From a bacterium (lineage in GTDB: Bacteria > SZUA-182 > DTGQ01 > JAFGSM01), in assembly GCA_049472335.1 (NCBI GenBank), contig JBLIRO010000019.1, positions 1 through 64,000 of the forward strand: a stretch of 64,000 nt of DNA, written 5' to 3'. The notes under the pieces are model-generated. The model saw only the letters and a list, made by a program, of their open reading frames with translations. It had not been told where the DNA came from and did no database searches. How positions within the stretch are numbered: the stretch's first letter is position 1; each line of letters starts with the position of its first letter. A program made the position numbers and the translations under genes. Positions 60,939-64,000 of this stretch are shown here, in pieces.

Positions 60939-62711
60939 TTGCGAATAAAGATCCATTATAAAATTACATTTATCGTACTAAGCATCATTGCGGTTATCCT
61001 GTCTGGTATTTATCTCTACCTCAATCATAGTTTAAGAGAGCATACCTATCAGAGAATCAGAACCCATCTGCTCCAGGATATCTCCCTGGCCGGTACTTTT
61101 TTGGAAAGGGATTTTGACAAAGGTCTAACCTCTGAAGGATTTGATAAGATTGCCGATACAATCGGGAGGGATTTAAACCTAAGGGCAACAATCATTGCCC
61201 TGGATGGAACGGTACTGGGTGATTCAGAATTAAATATGAAAGATCTGCGGGAAATTGAGAACCATCTTTACAGGCCTGAGGTTCAGGAGGCATTACAGTC
61301 AAAATATGGTGTAAAAAGACGTTTCAGTACAACCATAAAGGAGGATATGCTCTATGTGGCAGCCACTTTTGGAAGGAAAGGCCCCCAGGGTATAATACGT
61401 CTGGCAATACCACTTGTCGAGATTGAACAGATATCCCATCAACTCAAAGAATTATTGATTATCTCACTTTTATGTGCCTTTCTTTTTTCGATCGTAATAG
61501 GCTATTTCGCTTCTTTAATGGTGACCAATCCATTAGAGAAGATGTCTTCAACCGTTCAGGAGATTGCAAAGGGCAATTTTTCAAAAAGGCTTTCCATCCT
61601 TACGGGTGATGAAATAGGCGATCTTGCCAGGGCATTCAACAATATGTCGGATCAGATAAGGGCGAAGATCGACGAGATTACAGCCAGTAAGTCAAGATTT
61701 GAGGCAGTGCTTATGAGCATGTTCGACGGTGTTATGGTTGTTGACGCAAAGGGTGAAATTTTATTGATGAATCAGCCCATTAAAGATATTCTCCTTCTCA
61801 GGGACGAGCCTGCCGGCAGAAAGCCCATTGAAATTGTAAGGAATATCGAGATACAGAAGATTGTTGACAGTGTATTGAAACTTAAAAAAGGTTTGGAATC
61901 CTGTGAAGTCTCTATCCTGCTTCAAGAAGAAAAAACATTTCTGGTGCAGGCCACTCCGGTTATCAGGGAATGTGCCGCTGAAGGCGCGGTTCTGGTCTTT
62001 CATGATATCACGAAGCTCAAGCGCCTTGAAAAGGTCCGTCAGGATTTTGTGGCAAATGTCTCCCATGAATTAAGGACACCTGTTTCGTGTATAAAGGGGT
62101 ATTCCGAGACATTGCTTGAGGGTGCGCTGGATGATAAAGAAAACGCAAAGGATTTTCTACGGATTATCTATTCTGAATCAAACCGTTTGTCAAACCTGAT
62201 TGACGACATACTTAATCTCTCTCATATAGAATCAGGGGGGCTGACACTGGATTTAAAATCATGTGATATCCCTTCCATTATCAATAAAGTTATTTCTGGA
62301 TTGAAAAAACAAGCCGAAGATAAGTCTATCAAAATCGAAACCTATATTCCGGATGGAATCCCTAAGATTAAGGCTGATGATGCGAGGATTGCCCAGGTAT
62401 TATTGAATCTCATTGACAATGCAATAAAATATTCGCAAGCGGGTAGTGCTGTCAGAGTATCGGTAGAAAATAAAAATGAACACATCCGGATAGAAGTATC
62501 AGATACCGGGGATGGGATACCGGAAAAGGATCTGCCGAGGATATTTGAGAGATTTTACCGTGTTGATAAGGCCCGATCCAGACAGCTTAGCGGGACAGGT
62601 CTCGGTCTTTCCATCGTTAAACATATAGTCCAGGCACATCATGGAGAGGTCTCTGTAGAAAGTATCTTGGACCAGGGCTCTGCATTCAGTTTTACGATTC
62701 CGAAAACATAA
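60939..62711 (+). CDS. phoR: PhoR-like sensor kinase (HAMP-PAS-HisKA-HATPase)
   Basis: ENHLYRPEV, RQDFVANVSHELRTP, FERFYRVDKARSR, GTGLGLSIVKH; TTG start. Confidence 0.85.
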   Translation: MRIKIHYKITFIVLSIIAVILSGIYLYLNHSLREHTYQRIRTHLLQDISLAGTFLERDFDKGLTSEGFDKIADTIGRDLNLRATIIALDGTVLGDSELNMKDLREIENHLYRPEVQEALQSKYGVKRRFSTTIKEDMLYVAATFGRKGPQGIIRLAIPLVEIEQISHQLKELLIISLLCAFLFSIVIGYFASLMVTNPLEKMSSTVQEIAKGNFSKRLSILTGDEIGDLARAFNNMSDQIRAKIDEITASKSRFEAVLMSMFDGVMVVDAKGEILLMNQPIKDILLLRDEPAGRKPIEIVRNIEIQKIVDSVLKLKKGLESCEVSILLQEEKTFLVQATPVIRECAAEGAVLVFHDITKLKRLEKVRQDFVANVSHELRTPVSCIKGYSETLLEGALDDKENAKDFLRIIYSESNRLSNLIDDILNLSHIESGGLTLDLKSCDIPSIINKVISGLKKQAEDKSIKIETYIPDGIPKIKADDARIAQVLLNLIDNAIKYSQAGSAVRVSVENKNEHIRIEVSDTGDGIPEKDLPRIFERFYRVDKARSRQLSGTGLGLSIVKHIVQAHHGEVSVESILDQGSAFSFTIPKT

Positions 62712-62753
62712 CTGATGCCACTCAATGAATGCTATAAATAAGGTGGGTTATTC

Positions 62754-63176
62754 TTAAGAAGTGCTATTTTCAAGATTTTTAAGAAATTTGCTTGGTGCCA
62801 GAACCATAATCCCTGTTGTTGGAAAATCCTTTTTATTCCGTGTGATCAATAATTCGCAACCCATATGTATAGCGGAAAAATATTGAATTAAATCTTCGTA
62901 ATCTTTTCCATGGATTGTTCTTGCCTGATGCAAAATGTCCTTCGTTAATGGAACAATTTCAAAATCATTGATAAGTTCATCAACAAATCCTTCCGCTATT
63001 TTTTGTCCTTTCATTTTCTTGATAATGTAATACAGGTTTGTTACAGAAATAGCCGAGATATAACCTTCTGTAATATCTTCTTTTACCAGAGTCCATATTT
63101 TCAGGCTATCGAAATAGAAAGGTTCTCTTTTTATGAGAACATCAAAGAGAATATTTGTATCAAGAAATATTTTCAT
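62754..63176 (-). CDS. PIN-domain (VapC-like) toxin
   Basis: MKIFLDTNILFD...DYEDLIQY...ITRNKKDF. Confidence 0.85.
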   Translation of the reverse strand: MKIFLDTNILFDVLIKREPFYFDSLKIWTLVKEDITEGYISAISVTNLYYIIKKMKGQKIAEGFVDELINDFEIVPLTKDILHQARTIHGKDYEDLIQYFSAIHMGCELLITRNKKDFPTTGIMVLAPSKFLKNLENSTS

Positions 63177-63417
63177 ATTTTTCAATACGATTATCAATAA
63201 TAAATTTATCTCTCAACACCTTATAATCCTCTGAAGTATTTAAAATTCCAACCCATTTGTTAAGTGAAGGGTTTATTTGAAATTTTTTGGTTTTTTTTGC
63301 CTTTTCAATAAAGAATTCTTTAACAAGAGTAGAAATGGACTTTCCTGTCAATGTTGCTATTTCCCGCGCCAAGTCGCTAACCTCTTTGTCAACATAGAGA
63401 GTTAATTTTGTTTTCAT
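63160..63417 (-). CDS. Antitoxin (DUF6364-like ribbon-helix-helix)
   Basis: MKTKLTLYVDKEV...GKSISTLV; GGAGG RBS; overlaps the PIN gene. Confidence 0.8.
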   Translation of the reverse strand: MKTKLTLYVDKEVSDLAREIATLTGKSISTLVKEFFIEKAKKTKKFQINPSLNKWVGILNTSEDYKVLRDKFIIDNRIEKYENIS

Positions 63418-63562
63418 GAAAAGTTCCTCCTACGTATCATAATATTATATTAACACGTATAAATATTAACGTCAATTTGTTTTAAATAGATCAATCAAAA
63501 CAGCCTGCCAAAAAGTCAATATGTCAAATTAAAGGCATAAAAATATCCTGCCTAATAAAAAA

Positions 63563-63590
63563 TTAACAAAATCTTAACATCTCTTTGATA
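63563..63590 (+). promoter_or_regulatory. Putative Pho box
   Basis: TTAACA-N5-TTAACA-N5-TTGATA (11-bp period) upstream of the porin gene and near phoBR. Confidence 0.55.
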
Positions 63591-63754
63591 ATTTCTCCAT
63601 AAAGATGTTCTAATTTAAATTGTAAAAAGTCAATCTTATTGGCTTTAAAAATTGTATAAAAGGGGGTGAAAAAGGATTTTTAATTTATATCTTGAAGGGG
63701 ATTAAAATTTCATTTTCTTAAAAATATCTTATCAAGAAAAAGGAGACATAATAA

Positions 63755-64000
63755 ATGAAGAAATTTTTTGGGGTATTTGCTCTTTTAAGTTTAATAATTT
63801 TGGCAGGCAGGCCTCAACTTTTTGCAGGTGAAATCGATATCTTATTGGATAAACTGGTTGAAAAAGGAGTCGTAAGTCCGATCGATGCTCAGATTATCAG
63901 AAAGGATCGGATTAAGACTGGATGCCTTAATGAAAGTGACTGATGGGGTCAAGGCGGGTGCAAGACTCGTCACCGGAGGTGACGATCCCCGGTCCACCAA
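63755..64000 (+). pseudogene. Putative outer-membrane porin, disrupted; continues past the window end
   Basis: Signal peptide plus AGEIDILLDKLVEKGV, then a stop at 63943. Another frame continues LRLDALMKVTDGVKAGARLVTGGDDPRST, which is porin-like and implies a deletion with frameshift near 63900. Confidence 0.6.

Noticed and set aside
1..64000. rRNA, tRNA or prophage genes
   Set aside because: None were recognised by eye; tRNAscan-SE and Rfam were not run.

Overview
A bacterial window, probably from an anaerobic diderm organism (PEP-CTERM protein, Tat-exported quinone-reactive [NiFe] hydrogenase, glycyl radical enzyme); the lineage cannot be assigned from the sequence. It opens with a decayed region (1-3.7 kb) holding an IS4-like transposase remnant, a frameshifted toxin-antitoxin pair, integron attC-like sites and a broken secreted-protein gene. 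Housekeeping genes follow (sfsA, arsC-like, ttcA, polX, M28 peptidase), then many secreted proteins: a 3467-aa mosaic, a 9x Kazal protein, several with Gly/Pro/aromatic low-complexity tracts, and several sharing an unnamed ~150-aa domain. The right half holds hydABC, phoBR, a second TA pair and a broken porin gene. There are three candidate uncharacterised systems. (1) A four-gene operon at 40554-46133 encodes a PilZ-acyl carrier protein fusion, a thioester reductase-type SDR, an adenylate-forming enzyme with an altered P-loop and a 7TM-GAF histidine kinase; it resembles a split carboxylic-acid reductase gated by c-di-GMP and linked to its own sensor. (2) A 37-aa Cys/Trp-rich RiPP precursor, absent from the ORF track, lies next to a SPASM radical SAM maturase. 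(3) A non-PFL glycyl radical enzyme is co-encoded with an SCP2-like protein near a lipase. No rRNA, tRNA or CRISPR array was recognised. All calls come from motif reading by eye; no searches were run.
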